From assembly GCA_964270895.1 (NCBI GenBank), contig OZ185437.1: a DNA stretch of 64,000 bases; one strand, given 5' to 3'. Within the stretch, counting starts at the first letter, position 1; each line of letters begins with the position of its first letter. Positions 36,273 through 48,827 of this stretch are shown here, piece after piece. The DNA comes from Podarcis filfolensis. Taxonomy: Eukaryota. Position numbers and translations under genes: made by a program. The notes beneath the pieces are model-generated. The model saw only the letters and a list, made by a program, of their open reading frames with translations, did not search any database and was not told where the DNA came from.

Positions 36273-37500
36273 TCATAGAATCTTAGAGCTGGAAGGTACC
36301 CCAAGGGTCATCTAGTCCAACCCCCTTCAATGCAGGAATCTCAGCTAAAGCATCCATGACAGGTGGACATCCAACCTCTGCTTCAGAACCTCCAAGGAAG
36401 GAGAGTCCACCACCTCCCAAGGGAGACTCTTCCACTGCTGAACAGCTCTTACTGCCAGAAAGTTTTTCTGAATGTTTATTTGGATTCTCCTTTTTTGCAT
36501 CTTGAAACCATTGGTTCAAATCCTATCCTCCAGAGTAGGAGAAAACAAGCATGCTCTCTCCTCCATGTGACAGCCCTTAATATATTTGAAGATGTCTCTC
36601 GTATCTCCTCTCAGACTCCTCTTTTCCAGGCTAAACATACCCAGTTCCTTCAAGCACTCCTCATAAGTCTTAGTTTCCAGACCTTTGATCATCTTGGTTG
36701 CCTTCCTCTGCACACGTTCCAGTAGTTTCTTGCCCTTTAGCAGGTTTCTGGAGCACCACCTCGGTTTCCTGAGCATCAATGAAGCTATTATCTCCAGTGC
36801 CAGGTGCTCTTTTGTCGTTTGTATTGTTTTCTCCCTCCCCCTCAAGATCCAGGTTAAAGCTCTCCTGAACAGATTCTCAAGACTCTTGGCAAACACATTC
36901 TTGCCAACTGCTGTGAGGTGCAGCCCATTTCTTGCCAGAAGTCCTACCTCAAGGAAGTGAAGGCCATCTTCAAAGAAGCCAAATCCTTCCGGACAATGCC
37001 ACCTGCACAGCCAGTAGTTTACCTCAAATATTTTCCTCTCTTCTTGGGCCACGACTTTTAAGAGGAAGGAGTGGTGAAAAGACTACCTGTGCCCCAAGCC
37101 TCTTCAGCTCCTTGCCCAGTGTCTCATAGTCCCTTGCTATGTGTTACAGGCTATGTGTGGCAGTATTATTTGTACCCATGTGAATCAGAAAAAGGGGTAG
37201 TGGTCAGTGAGCTTTATAAGACTTGGCAACTTCTCCATCACATTGTGAATCTTTGCACCTGGAAGACATCCTGTTTCTTCCACACACTACTGCCTCTGTT
37301 CCCCTCAGTAGGGCGTCACCTATCACCACCACTTGTCTCCTCCTTCTCTGGGGAGTAGCAGGACTCATTCTGTGGGGTGTGCCTTCCAAAGGCTGCTTGG
37401 AGTGTTCTGAGGTCTGTTGTTCTCAAATCTTCCCCCTCTTGTTTATTGAAGCTTATACTGATATTGTTGGGATAAGTTACAAAGGCCGGAAACATATGGT
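36273..37500 (-). mobile_element. Internally deleted CR1 (ORF1 esterase part joined to the RT C-terminus and 3' tail)
   Basis: ORF 37204-37389 has RRRQVVVIGDALLRGTEAVVC (GDSL-like). ORF 36516-37052 has NGLHLTAVGKNVFAKSL then LERVQRKATKMIKGLE...[16 protein letters not shown]1 tail tcatagaatcttagagctggaagg at 36273. Confidence 0.88.
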
Positions 37501-37889
37501 TTGAGTACTTCCTACTCCTTCATCCCAGCTTTTCATCTCTAGGCTGCAATTCTCTTTCTCTAATGTCATCTCCACTGAAGGTAGCAAGTACCTTCATGTC
37601 TTCTGAAGTTGGCAACTGCTGTCCTAGCTCTTCTGGTCCAAGGTGAGAGCATGGAAGTGATTTTGCAACTCTAATGACAATGTAGTAATTCATGTGCAGG
37701 TGGGCTCATATTTCCTTTTTCATTGGATGAATGCTCTTATTCGTCTATGTGTGGGCTAAAATAAAAGTATACATTTGTATGCTGCCATTTCAGACAGCAT
37801 ACAGTAAGATTTCTACCTGAGTCTACTCAGAAGAAAGACTGTATAGGATTATAGCATTGGGAAATCTTAAGAGAATGTGTGGGGTGGGT

Positions 37890-38030
37890 GCTTATTCCAT
37901 TTTATGTTATCCACCATGACAACCATGAAGTAAGATAAGAAAAGAGATTAGAACTTGCCCAAGGTCACACAGCTAGTTGAATGGCTTTGCACCTTGGTAT
38001 TCAAGTCAATACCAATATACACTTGGTATT
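37890..38030 (-). mobile_element. Degenerate MIR-like SINE
   Basis: Core motif acttgcccaaggtcacacagctagt. Confidence 0.6.
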
Positions 38031-38273
38031 CAAGTCTATTGTGTTTATTTATGTACCACCCTTCTAATGATCTGAGTGAACAGGTAAGGCTATATAGGAA
38101 ATTATGTTCTCTTAAGTAACCTGATTCCAAGTTACTTATGCTACCTACATTTATAGACTGCCACTCAGCCACACAAAGGCAGTGGGTGACAGATGATGAT
38201 CCACATAATTCAACTCTTAATGGTTCAAACAAACAAATCCAAACACCAATAAGGAATAGCTGCAATCAAAATA

Positions 38274-38487
38274 CAGTTAAGTACTTAATTCGTTCCGGAG
38301 GTCCATTCTTAACCTGAAACTGTTCTTAACCTGAAGCACCACTTTAGCTAATGGGGCCTCCTGCTGCCGCTGCGCCACCGGAGCATGATTTCTGTTCTCA
38401 TCCTGAAGCAAAATTCTTAACCCGAGGTACTATTTCTGGGTTAGCAGAGTTTGTAGCCTGAAGCATATGTAACCTGAGGTACCACTG
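38274..38487. mobile_element. Tigger-like MITE copy with degraded left end
   Basis: Body matches 18991 and 49761; right end GAGGTACCACTG|ta. Confidence 0.85.
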
Positions 38488-40256
38488 TAAAAGCAAAAGC
38501 TGGACAATGACAGTACAACATCAGGATAAAGAAACTGATAGGGAGGAATTAAACATCACACTATAGCAGTTGTTCCATCAGGACAAATATTTATGGCTTG
38601 CCAAATGGAATAATCCCATCTGCTCCCCCTGTGTGCTCTTCTAGAAGTTCTCCCAACACCCCCAGAGCAAATTTTGGGGTGGTGCAGAGGGAAGAGAGGG
38701 GTTAAAAGCCCCAATGTGCAAGTGGAAGATCTTGCTCAGGACTTAAACTGATGGGATTTGTTAGTTGACTCCTGCCTATGGTTTGGGCTCATTTATATCC
38801 TAACTGTCACCCCCCCCAATGTAGATGAGAGGGGATCCATAACTCCTTTCTTTCATCCTCTCCCCCCGCCCACTTGCTTTTTGCCCCTGCACCCTCAGAG
38901 ATCTACAGAAGTTATCCTCTCTATTCTTAGTTTGGTTCATGTTTGATAAGCTGCCTGTTTTTTAAGCACCTGATCCCAGAGCAAAATAAGTATGTATTTG
39001 CTTCATACTTCTTCAAATATCATCCCCATCCCATAAATGATTAAGAACTGATAACCTGCCAGAGCAGCATGAAGTTATTGATTCTGCACATTTTAGTAAC
39101 TGAGGAGGAATTAATGGTTGAGAGGATATTTGACTGTAAACATAGCTTTTGTTGTTTTCTGTTTTGGATTCCTTTAGGAGGAATGATGGGATAGAAATGT
39201 AATTAATAAAATAAAATAATCTCTCTTGAGTTTCTTTAGTCCATGTTAAGGACACCCACAGCAGGCCAAGTGAATATTTTGACACTGCAAGGCATTCAGA
39301 TCCTACAGCATAGAAAAAGAAAACGTTTCCTGCACTTTCTACCTAGATTGAGTCAATTGGGATTAGTTAATGGGGAGTATATGAGAATCAGAAATTCCAG
39401 ACAGTGAAATGCAATAACCTGCAAATTCCTGATGAGCTTTCTAATAAGCCAGATTTTAGGAAAGTCAAGAATTAGGTGCTTATAAGTGGAACCATTTCTC
39501 TGGAAAGAGTTAGATCTTCAAGTTTAGAAATCCTTGGCCTGTTCTCTAAACAAAGATGTGGGAAACTATTAATGTTTATATTAAAGATCTCCTTGAGGAT
39601 TTATTGGTCACTGTGGAATATGAGCAGCAATGTCTTGTAAAACTCTTACAGTCATCTTCAACATTTTTATACGAGGCACCCCAGATATATGGAACGCTGG
39701 AACAGGAATATGATCTGATGCGATGCAACTGTTAAAACACCTCACCTAGGTTTTACTAGTTTTAATTCAGGATGGGTCAGGCTGGAGGAGTGGGGAGGGG
39801 GACTGAAAAGTTGAGGCTGGGGGCTAAGCCTTCATCTTTTAAGCTTTCAAAGATTGGCAGGTATGCCAGTGGTACCACAGCCAACCATTGCTAGGTAAAA
39901 CACTTATCAAGTTTTGTTTATGGTTATGACTCTTAATCAGAATCAAAGATCCTTTTTAAAATGTTACGGTCTCTCTCCCTCTCTCTTTCTGTCGCTGTTT
40001 ATCATATTTGGAAAGAAAGGAAGATAAAAAGCAGGCCCCTCATTATCTAAACCTAAATAATCTAAAGTCCTTAGGGCTGTTCACACAGGGAAAATAATGG
40101 CTTGCCTCCTCATGTAATCCTATTAGGGGAAAACATTTGCTCTGAAATCCACGTGCAGAAGATACTGCTGCATACAAAGCCAATAGACTAGAATCGGCAG
40201 CGTACACATTCAGCCCAGGGCAATTTCTATGACTCTGAGCCAAGAGGCACCGGGAA

Positions 40257-40413
40257 ATCATAGGAATCATAGAACTGTAGAGTTCGACAGGATCTTAAGG
40301 ATCATCTAGTCCAACCTCCTGCAATGCAGGTAAATGCGCAGCTGTCCTACACGGGGATCGAACTTGCAACCTTGGCATTATCAGCACCACGCTCTAACCA
40401 ACTGAGCTACCCA
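40257..40413 (-). mobile_element. tRNA-Ile-like head fused to a CR1 3' tail (SINE-like)
   Basis: Minus strand: TAGCTCAGTTGGTTAGAGCGTGGTGCTGATAATGCCAAGGTTGCAAGTTCGATCCCCG, then cctgcattgcaggaggttggactagatgatcc...ttctatgattcctatga. Confidence 0.85.
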
Positions 40414-41067
40414 GGCATGAGTGTTCATCTTTGTAGCCATTTTAGATACAGTTGTCGTTTGCATCATCTCAGCCAGTACCTTCCATTCATAGCCAGAAGG
40501 GTAAATGTTCAAAGCCCTGTTCAGGTATACAATCCCTTGTGTAAAGGGGAGAGTAGGATAGTGTTCATCGCATCCCAGTTGACTGGCCCCGCTGCACTTT
40601 CTGTGTTTGCAGTGAAGGTCTGAAGAGGGCAGCTTGTTCTGTATGATTTAGGATCCTGATCACACACCCTTAGCACATGTGTTGCTTGTGAGTGTGGAAC
40701 AAGCTCCCAGCTTTTACAATGCTCCAGTCTGCAATCCTAGCCACACTTACATGGGAGTAAGCTCCACTGAACACAGCACAACTTATTTCTGATTTCTTAG
40801 GGACATACAGGGCTGTGTTATAAATCCTATCAGGATTAGACGTTACCACGTCTTGATGCTGTTCACCTGCCCGAGCACAATGGCAGCTGTCAGAGATGAG
40901 CCAGGGAGCCACATCCAGAAAGATCTTGTTCAATTAAGATACCAGTCCCACAAACAAGAAACGTTTTAGCACAAGACCAATGGGAAGCTTGGAGAGATGT
41001 AGTCACTGTAACCAGAGAGTATGGCCACATCTACCCTGTACATTTAAAGCTCTATTATACCACTTTA

Positions 41068-41215
41068 GCAGCCATGGTGTCCCTCCTCTGCAAGAATCCT
41101 GGGAACTGTAGTTCATTATGAGGAGTTCTCTGTGAGGGGTGTCTCAGCACCCTTAAGAAATTAGAGTTCCCAGGATTCTTTACGGGGGGGGGGGCATGGC
41201 TATTCAAGTGGTTGA
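41068..41215. mobile_element. Palindromic MITE-like repeat
   Basis: aagaatcctgggaactgtagtt ... gagttcccaggattctt inverted pair; related copy at 43128-43270. Confidence 0.65.
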
Positions 41216-43127
41216 AAACGCCATTGAGTGTATTATGTGGATGCAACATGCTTCGCCGGCAAGATGTTCCAAACTGCAATTCTGATAGCTCGCCACATGG
41301 GGCAGCTGCATGCAGAATGGAAGGTTACTGGTTCTAGCCTTGTCAGCTCCTGTCACCTGGTCAACAGAGAAATACCTTCTATGTTCCTGACCACAACTTT
41401 GGCATAAAACTCTAATGTCTAATCTAGATGGAATCTACACACATGTAATAAATTCTGTGAAAATGCCTTTTTTAAAAAATGGTTTGAAAAATACATTGAA
41501 TTTTGCATAGCTCTCTTTTGCCATCTAGTGTCACATTTGTAAATTGCACTTTACAACACATTAACAGTGTTTTATTTGCAGCTGTGTAGCTGAGTCACAG
41601 GTAAGGCCACCCATATCCTCAGTTTGTGAGGCTGAAAGACAGCACATCAATTTAACTGTCAAGCCAGACAGCAATTGGGCATGTTTCAAGTTAAAAATTG
41701 TTAACATTTAAAATGTGGGATAACCAGCCTCATATAACTAACATTCTCAAGTCTCATAAATGCATGAAGGGGTTATTGCTACAGAATAAACTGTCCTTCC
41801 AGGCTTAGCTAGGTCACTCTGCTTCACTTTGGAAGGAAGGTAATTAAGCCAAGCCTTTTGCTCACCTCAGTCTACCCAAGAAGCTCAGTGTGTAAAGAGG
41901 TCTGAACCTAAATTATAGCAATAATTTAGGAACTAGGCCAAGTTTTACTGTGTGTTTTCTGACTGCTGTATGGAAAAGCATATTAATCTGACCTTTGGAG
42001 AGTTATAAACCATTTTTAACTTGAAAAAATGTGTGGTCTTTTTCTATGCAAGAGGGAGAGGGGAACTTTGGAAGCAACTTAGGGCTTATTTTAAAGGCTT
42101 AACAGTCTATTTTCATGCTTTATTTTGCTGCATATTTTGCGATTTTAAATCTCTGCTGGGGTTCCTTTACCAAAGCGTACTTGCCCCAAACCTGGATCTT
42201 GCCATCCAGAAAATTCTCCTTTTATACTTATTTTTTACCTTGCCAGCAACAAGAAAAATGCATTGTATTAGACAAAACTGCTTTGCAAAACTGTTCATAT
42301 TAGGCAAAATTGCAAAGAAACATCTGTCTATTAGAAGAAATTCACTGATTAATTTTCATGACAACTTAAAAAAATAAAATAAAATCAGAAACTTATGCAG
42401 AGAGCTGACCTTAATATTGGGGGGGAAATGAGAAACCGAGAAACCAGATTTAATAGATTTGCCCATCACTGTGAAGACTCAACCTTTGCTTCGCCCCCAC
42501 AAGTACCATTCTTCCAATATTTGGAAACATATGTGCTGGAATTTAAATTATGCCTGTACACCATCCTTTCCACTGACTTCTCTACTGTGTGGTGGAAGCT
42601 CATATGAAAAAGGTTCTATGTTAGTTTCACTTTCACCTTGAGTCGGAATGTTAGAACATTCCTCCTAGGGGGGCCTCCTTGTATCTTATCAAAAATATTT
42701 GATTGCATTATGTTTGAAATAACATGTAACCTTAGAGACTTCCTTAGCTTTTAGGCTGTCATGATGATTAAGGTCTCATTAAATTTCAAAACTACCTAGA
42801 GGCAAAACTTGTTATCTAATGTTAAAGATTTTGGAGAGTCTTTATCAGCATTATGTTACATAATGAATGTGGAAGAACCCTTTTACACACTAATTCTTTC
42901 TGACATAGCTTACAAGAATTGTTTGGTGATTTACACACATTTCAGACTCTGACTACTCAAGCATACCCTAGATGGATAAATCTGTATTTTCCTGTGTCTT
43001 GGATTTCTTTGCACTGTGTTATCTAAAGTTACTTCCAAATTAAATACCCTCTGACTAGTATGTATCTCCCCCACCCCTACCTCCTCACTCCAGAAGCATT
43101 AGGAAAAGGGGGTTGTGAGATTATGCC

Positions 43128-43270
43128 ATACATTAAAGCGCATGGCTTTCTTCAAAGAATCATGAGAACTGTAGTTTGTTATGGGTGCTGGGAATTGTAG
43201 TTCAGTGAGAGATCACCTACAGTTCTCAGAATTCTTTGGAGGAACTCCTGCGCTCCAAATAGGCACTTTT
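43128..43270. mobile_element. Palindromic MITE-like repeat, second copy
   Basis: aaagaatcatgagaactgtagttt ... ctacagttctcagaattcttt. Confidence 0.6.
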
Positions 43271-45186
43271 AATTCAGAAGGTCTAACTGGAGAACCCAGC
43301 AACTCACTCAAAGAACTTTCCGGTGTCACCTCTTCTGTAAACGCTGACATGGTTTTCCTGTGTCTGTAAAACATCTCAGTTCATTAGGCAGATGTGAGAT
43401 AGCAAAAGGGCCATGATGCATTGTGTTTGGGAACCCCCAAAGCCTGATGTGTGTGTATTTGGGGGGGGGGCACATGCCTTCCTGTAGCAAGCGTGAAGCC
43501 TTTAACCCAACAGCAACTTTCGTCTAACGGGGGAGGAACCTATTTATGACTAGTCATGCAAATTAACAAATGAAAAGTATGCTGTAAAGTATGACAAAAC
43601 GCTTTAAATAGTGTTGTCTTCATTAAACTTTCAACTGCATTTCTGTGTTTTATGGCCACGGTCTATGCTCTTTCTCGGATGTTTACTTCAGCAAGAAATC
43701 CATCATGTGAGGACCTTGAAAAGAATTAATCCCCCTACCCCTGGCACAGAACGCAGCTCCAACAATTCAGATCTAAATATTTAGTGATGGATGATACATG
43801 TTTATAGAACAGAGGGCAGCATGACATTTTAAATGGGATCTGGAGCTGCTATGGTGAACCAATGTTGTTGAAAAGAAATTGGAAGCCGAAGCGACGTAGC
43901 TATCGGAAGCTGATAATGCCGACCCCTATTTTCTGTGCCTTTTCTCCCTCCTATCGACTCCTCCTGGGTTTTCAAAGCCTTTGCGGAGAAGGTTACAAGC
44001 CACTCTCTGAAAAGGAGAGGGGTTCTGCTGACTGTTGAACATTTACTGGTGCATCCCATGCTTAAACTAATAGCCTCCTTGGGTGTCAGCCAAAGGTTAC
44101 AGGCCTCTCAAAATATTCTTGAAGGGGGAAAAAAAGTTTATCACTGAAACACAGTTTCTCATTAGTAACCCTATGTTGTCTAATCTGTGAAATTACATGA
44201 TTTAACTCTTTGGCAGAGACAGCTCCGGATGGCATTTGCATTCCCACAGGAAGTTATTAAAAGTATCGCTGCGATAATTTCCCTACTTTGTACTCCGTCC
44301 CTGGGGTAAAAAGAAATTCATCACTAGGTGAGCCCTCTACAATAAAGCTATAGTTCATTCACAATTATTAAATGACCGTCAGGGCTGCTGGTTATTTTTA
44401 AAGGACTGCAGTTGATGGGGGGCAGGATGTCTAGAGGAAGATGGAAGAAATTCGTCTTTGCTTTTGTTTTTCTATTGAAATTAGGAGCATGTTTTCTTTC
44501 TTGTCCATTGGGATGTGATGAAACGAATGTAGGTTTTCTCTGCTGACCTGTTGGACTCCATCTCCCATCAGTCTTAGCAAGCATGATCAGTGGTCAGGGA
44601 TGATGGGAGCTATAGTTCCCCTTCCCCATGGTCATTATTCCCCTTTCTAGTTCACAATGGTCTGGAAAGTGAAAATGCCCCCAGTTCTAATGTTCAGGAA
44701 GAGGTGTTTTGGCACCAGGGAAAACTTGGCCAGATAATGAAAGATAATGGCATGTAGATTTTCATAGAAAGTCTTTTTGGCCAGTAGAGGTTGAACTCCG
44801 AATAGTAGCAAATAGAAAGAATTCGTCGTAGAGATTGTCCATGGATTCTTGCATCTTTTGTAGGCTTAATGAGCAGCTCCCTGAATTGAAATTGTTCTGT
44901 CCGAAATATTAAATACCTCCTGTCCTAAATATTAAATATCTCCTGGGGTTGTTGTCGTTTTTAAGATGTCACCAGCAGTAATGGCACTGAAACCTTGAAC
45001 TGAAATAAGGGTTGGGGAGCAGAAACTAGCTCCCCCAGTTTAAGAAGTAACAAGTCATTTTGATCCCTCTCAGTGCTGGAGAGGGCTGTGGTGAGGCACT
45101 TTTATCAGTGGCAGAGACCTCACCTTTCAAGGCATCCATTGCCACTCAGGACCTTGACAAATGGAGTTCTCAATCACCATATGAAT

Positions 45187-45540
45187 CTGCCTTGTATACC
45201 ATCAAGTCATTGGACCATCTCCCTTATGTATCTATCTAGACCAGCATTGTTTACTCTGGCTGGAAGCAGCTGTCCACAGGAGGCAGGGATTGCCACCAGC
45301 CTAGATGACTTTGAAAGAGGATTAGACAAATTCATGGAGAGGACTATCGTGGCTATTAGCCATGGTGGCCATGCTCTGCTTCACAGCTGGAAGCCAAAAC
45401 GCTTCCAAATACTAGTTGCTGGAAAGCACAGGAGGGGAGAGTGCTCTTATGCTTGGGTCTAGTTGGCCACTGTGAAAAAAAGGATGCTGGACTAGATATG
45501 CCATTGACCTGAACCATCATACTTGTCTTGTTTTCCTTGC
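45187..45540. mobile_element. Squam2-like tail fragment (minus, about 45187-45275) abutting a CR1 3' fragment (plus, about 45290-45540)
   Basis: ctgccttgtatacc...ctagaccagcattgtttactctggctggaagcagctg, then agaggattagacaaattcatgga...tggccactgtgaaaaaaggatgctggactagat. Confidence 0.6.
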
Positions 45541-45629
45541 ACTGTCTTCTCTGAGGAGCAGCAGCAGATCTCAAACTCTCAGGCTGGGAGGTGATGCTCA
45601 TCACCTGCTACTATTATTTTTTAAAAGTC

Positions 45630-45700
45630 AAAGTGCCTGAGATTAAATCTGGGACCTTCTGCGTGCCAAGCATGCTCTCTTCCACTGAGCTATGCTCCTT
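45630..45700 (-). mobile_element. tRNA-Ala-like SINE head (Squam2-like), degenerate
   Basis: ctgggaccttctgcgtgccaagcatgctctcttccactgagcta is the reverse of a TAGCTCAGTGG...AGAAGGTCCCAG head. Confidence 0.55.
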
Positions 45701-47167
45701 TGCCACTGAGGGGAGGGGAGCCATGTAAGTAAATCACTGTATCCACAACTGAAGAAAGCAAGCAAATCAAGAATTTACCCTGCGAATCATTGCTGGCTTC
45801 TACACACAGCAGTAGATGTTCTGGAACAGTAGGAGTATGCAGAACCCATATGCTGAACTCATAAAGTAATGTGTGATATGGCCCTTGTGCCTTGAAAGAT
45901 TCTACAAATCAGCTGTAAGTACTTGGAGGACACATGTCAGGGTAGGTGAGGAAGCTGCACCTATGCAGGTATTTGTTTAGACGCTACAACTTTTGAATAA
46001 AACTTGGACCAAACAATCCTGCACAGTTATTCTCATCATGCCACTTACTTAACCTTTTGGTGCAACCTTGCAGGATTCCTAGGCAAGGAGTCTACTTTTG
46101 CAATGCATATTATAGCTCACATTTGAATTAATATATTTAGACCGGTTGCCTGCACAACATCTACTCCACCACTACCCTGTGCACACCCCCTAGTATGCCT
46201 GGCCATTCCCATACTCTTTCTCCGAAACCTTCTTCCTCTCACTTTTTAAAACCTCTGCTCAGTGAATGTGTGGGTGTATATAGGCTTGGCGAGCCAGGGA
46301 GGGGACCTTAATTTTCCTCCTGGGAAATCTAGCTTGACCCTCTTCCTGCTTCTACCTTACTTCAAAGAGAAGAAAATGTTTCCTTGTGATCCACTTACCT
46401 CTTAATTTGTGTCAGCAAATACAAGATCTGTAGCAAACTCAAAAGGAGTGACATTTTAACTCTTTGCTTGTGTTTCCCCATCTGAGCTCTGAATGGAATT
46501 AATTAAGCATCGCAAACTCCTGTGTGGATTGTAGCTAAATGTGTTTCTGAATCTGCAGATCTTACTGTAGTTTAAGTACTGTTCCCTTTAATTTTATTTT
46601 AAAAAGTTAAAGTTCAAACATGGTTAACACACACTGTTGCTATTTCAGACGCTAGCCCCCTGTAACACATTACCTTACTTTTCTTTCAGACTTTTTATCC
46701 ATATTTCACTTCAAATGTGGAGGATTCCATTATTCATCATGTTATGTTTTCGTTGGTAGAACACCAGACTCTCAGATGATTAGTGATAACTGATGCAGTG
46801 AACCTTCGGAGAAAGTTCAGGGGGTCCTGCGTTATATAAAATCCAATTTCTAAAATCACTGCCTTTGATGTCTTACCAGGATAAACATTTTACTCTATTA
46901 AGGCACTCATGTTAAGAAGGGCAACTATGCAAGTAAAGGCAAATCTCATTAGCATAGCTTAAAAAACATGTTAATAGCTCCAATCTATTTCCAGCTTATG
47001 GGAAATGGTCAGATTCACTGTCAGTTGGGGCAAACCTAACTCCCTTAACAGGGCAGTCCTCTGGGGTCCAGCAGCAGCCGCCACTAAAATGGGTTTGGGT
47101 AAAGTAGTTGAGATCCTATGCATCCTCAGCAACAAACTATACTGTACAGCATATTCACAGTGTGAAT

Positions 47168-47275
47168 CCTCTTAATCTCAGGATCATGGGTTCAAGTCCC
47201 AGGTTGAGCAAGAGATTGAGGGGTTGGACTAGATGATCCTCATGGTCCCTTCCAGCTCTGCAATGCTATGATTAT
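47168..47275 (+). mobile_element. tRNA-Lys(CTT)-like head remnant fused to a CR1 3' tail
   Basis: ctcttaatctcaggatcatgggttcaagtccc matches the tRNA-Lys anticodon and T arms, followed by ggggttggactagatgatcctcatggtcccttccagctct. Confidence 0.7.
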
Positions 47276-47959
47276 TAGTTCCATAAAGAAAGAATGTAGC
47301 AACTGTCAATGGCGTATGGTGCCCATTCGGCCTGTTGAAGTGGAACGTGCAGCAGATCACTGTAAAACAGAGCCATGGCGTTTGCTAGTGTAACAAATCA
47401 GTTTGGACAACCCATTTCACAGAAAGGAAAGTGGTGGTGCACAGAGGTAACCAATCTGCCTATGAAACTGAGTGCAGGCTGAAATTCTATGCATAATTAC
47501 ACAGGAGAAAGTCCCAATTAACTCAGCAGAACTTTCCTCTGAGTTGACATACATAGGATTGTTCAGCATATCCTGTTAATAGCTCTCTTTCTCAGTTTGC
47601 CAGATGCCAAAAAGCAAAAAAAGGGGGGGGCAGTGGATGATAATGCATCATATTCAAACCCAAGACATGATTCCTTGTGCAGATAATAAATCACCTGTCT
47701 TATCCCACCACCCCACATATAGAAAGTAAATTTTTATGAATACAAACCCAGAGGCAGAATGCACTGGCAAAGCATTCTACAGAACTGGTGCAATCACACA
47801 AAAAATGCTCCTTTCATAGAAGCTGCCAGATGAATTGCATGAGGCACAGTGAAAAGCACCACTCCAGCCACTCTCCATGGGTAGGGACAGAAATGTCTGG
47901 AGAAAGGCAACCCCTCAGGTCTGGCTCAAAGTTATTTAGTGCTTACTATACTAACAATA

Positions 47960-48318
47960 GGGACGCGGGTGGCGCTGTGGGTAAAAGCCTCAGCGCCTAG
48001 GGCTTGCCGATCGAAAGGTCGGCGGTTCGAATCCCCGCGGCGGGGTGCGCTCCCGTTGCTCGGTCCCAGCGCCTGCCAACCTAGCAGTTCGAAAGCACCC
48101 CCAGGTGCAAGTAGATAAATAGGGACCGCTTACTGGCGGGAAGGTAAATGGCGTTTCCATGTGCTGCGCTGGCTCGCCAGATGCAGCTTTGTCACGCTGG
48201 CCACGTGACCCGGAAGTGTCTTCGGACAGCGCTGGCCCCCGGCCTCTTAAGTGAGATGGGCGCACAACCCTAGAGTCTGTCAAGACTGGCCCGTACGGGC
48301 AGGGGTACCTTTACCTTT
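47960..48318 (+). mobile_element. Full-length Sauria/Squam1 SINE
   Basis: GGGACGCGGGTGGCGCTGTGGG head, GGTTCGAATCCC B box, tacctttacctt tail; TSD TATACTAACAATAG at 47947-47960 and 48319-48332; many intact CpGs. Confidence 0.95.
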
Positions 48319-48827
48319 TATACTAACAATAGGACTTTACATAAAACAATTTTATAAAACAATGCCTGCACTCGCACATGCACACACCCAAGTTTGTGGG
48401 ATAAATTTGGAAGCATAACAGATTTCTGTTCCAGTTATATACATCTTGTTTTGGGGGCGGGAGTGGATAAAATAAAGGAAAGACCCCTTCAGCGTGGTGG
48501 TCTCTTTGCTGGTGTCATTGGCACAATGATAATTCATTGGTGATTGACTTAGATTGGAGCATCCACATGCCATTTGTCCCTCTAAGTTGTTCTGCACTGC
48601 TTCCCCAATATTACTAGGCCAGACACAGGAGTCAAGAAAGGTCAGGCAAAAGAAGCAGATTAGAATGGAGCTCAGTTAGCTGCAAGTCCATATGCAACAC
48701 AGCAGTTTCACAGCATCCATAGCAACGCTGCCATGATCACCAGTCGTGCCATTGTGCACAGGCGATTTCCCCTCATTAGCCACTCAGAACCAAGCCATGT
48801 ATGACAATTACACAAGTCGCCTCACAG

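Noticed and set aside
40340-40413. tRNA-Ile(GAT) gene
   Set aside because: The acceptor stem is not intact, there is no poly(T) terminator, and it is fused directly to a CR1 tail, so it is treated as a SINE head.
42021-42377. 118-aa + strand ORF; minus words IFWMA and ENFLDGKIQVWGKY
   Set aside because: No clear splice context or motif strong enough; not distinguishable from chance.
44250-44327. Plus-strand coding exon
   Set aside because: Splice sites are good but all three frames contain stops.
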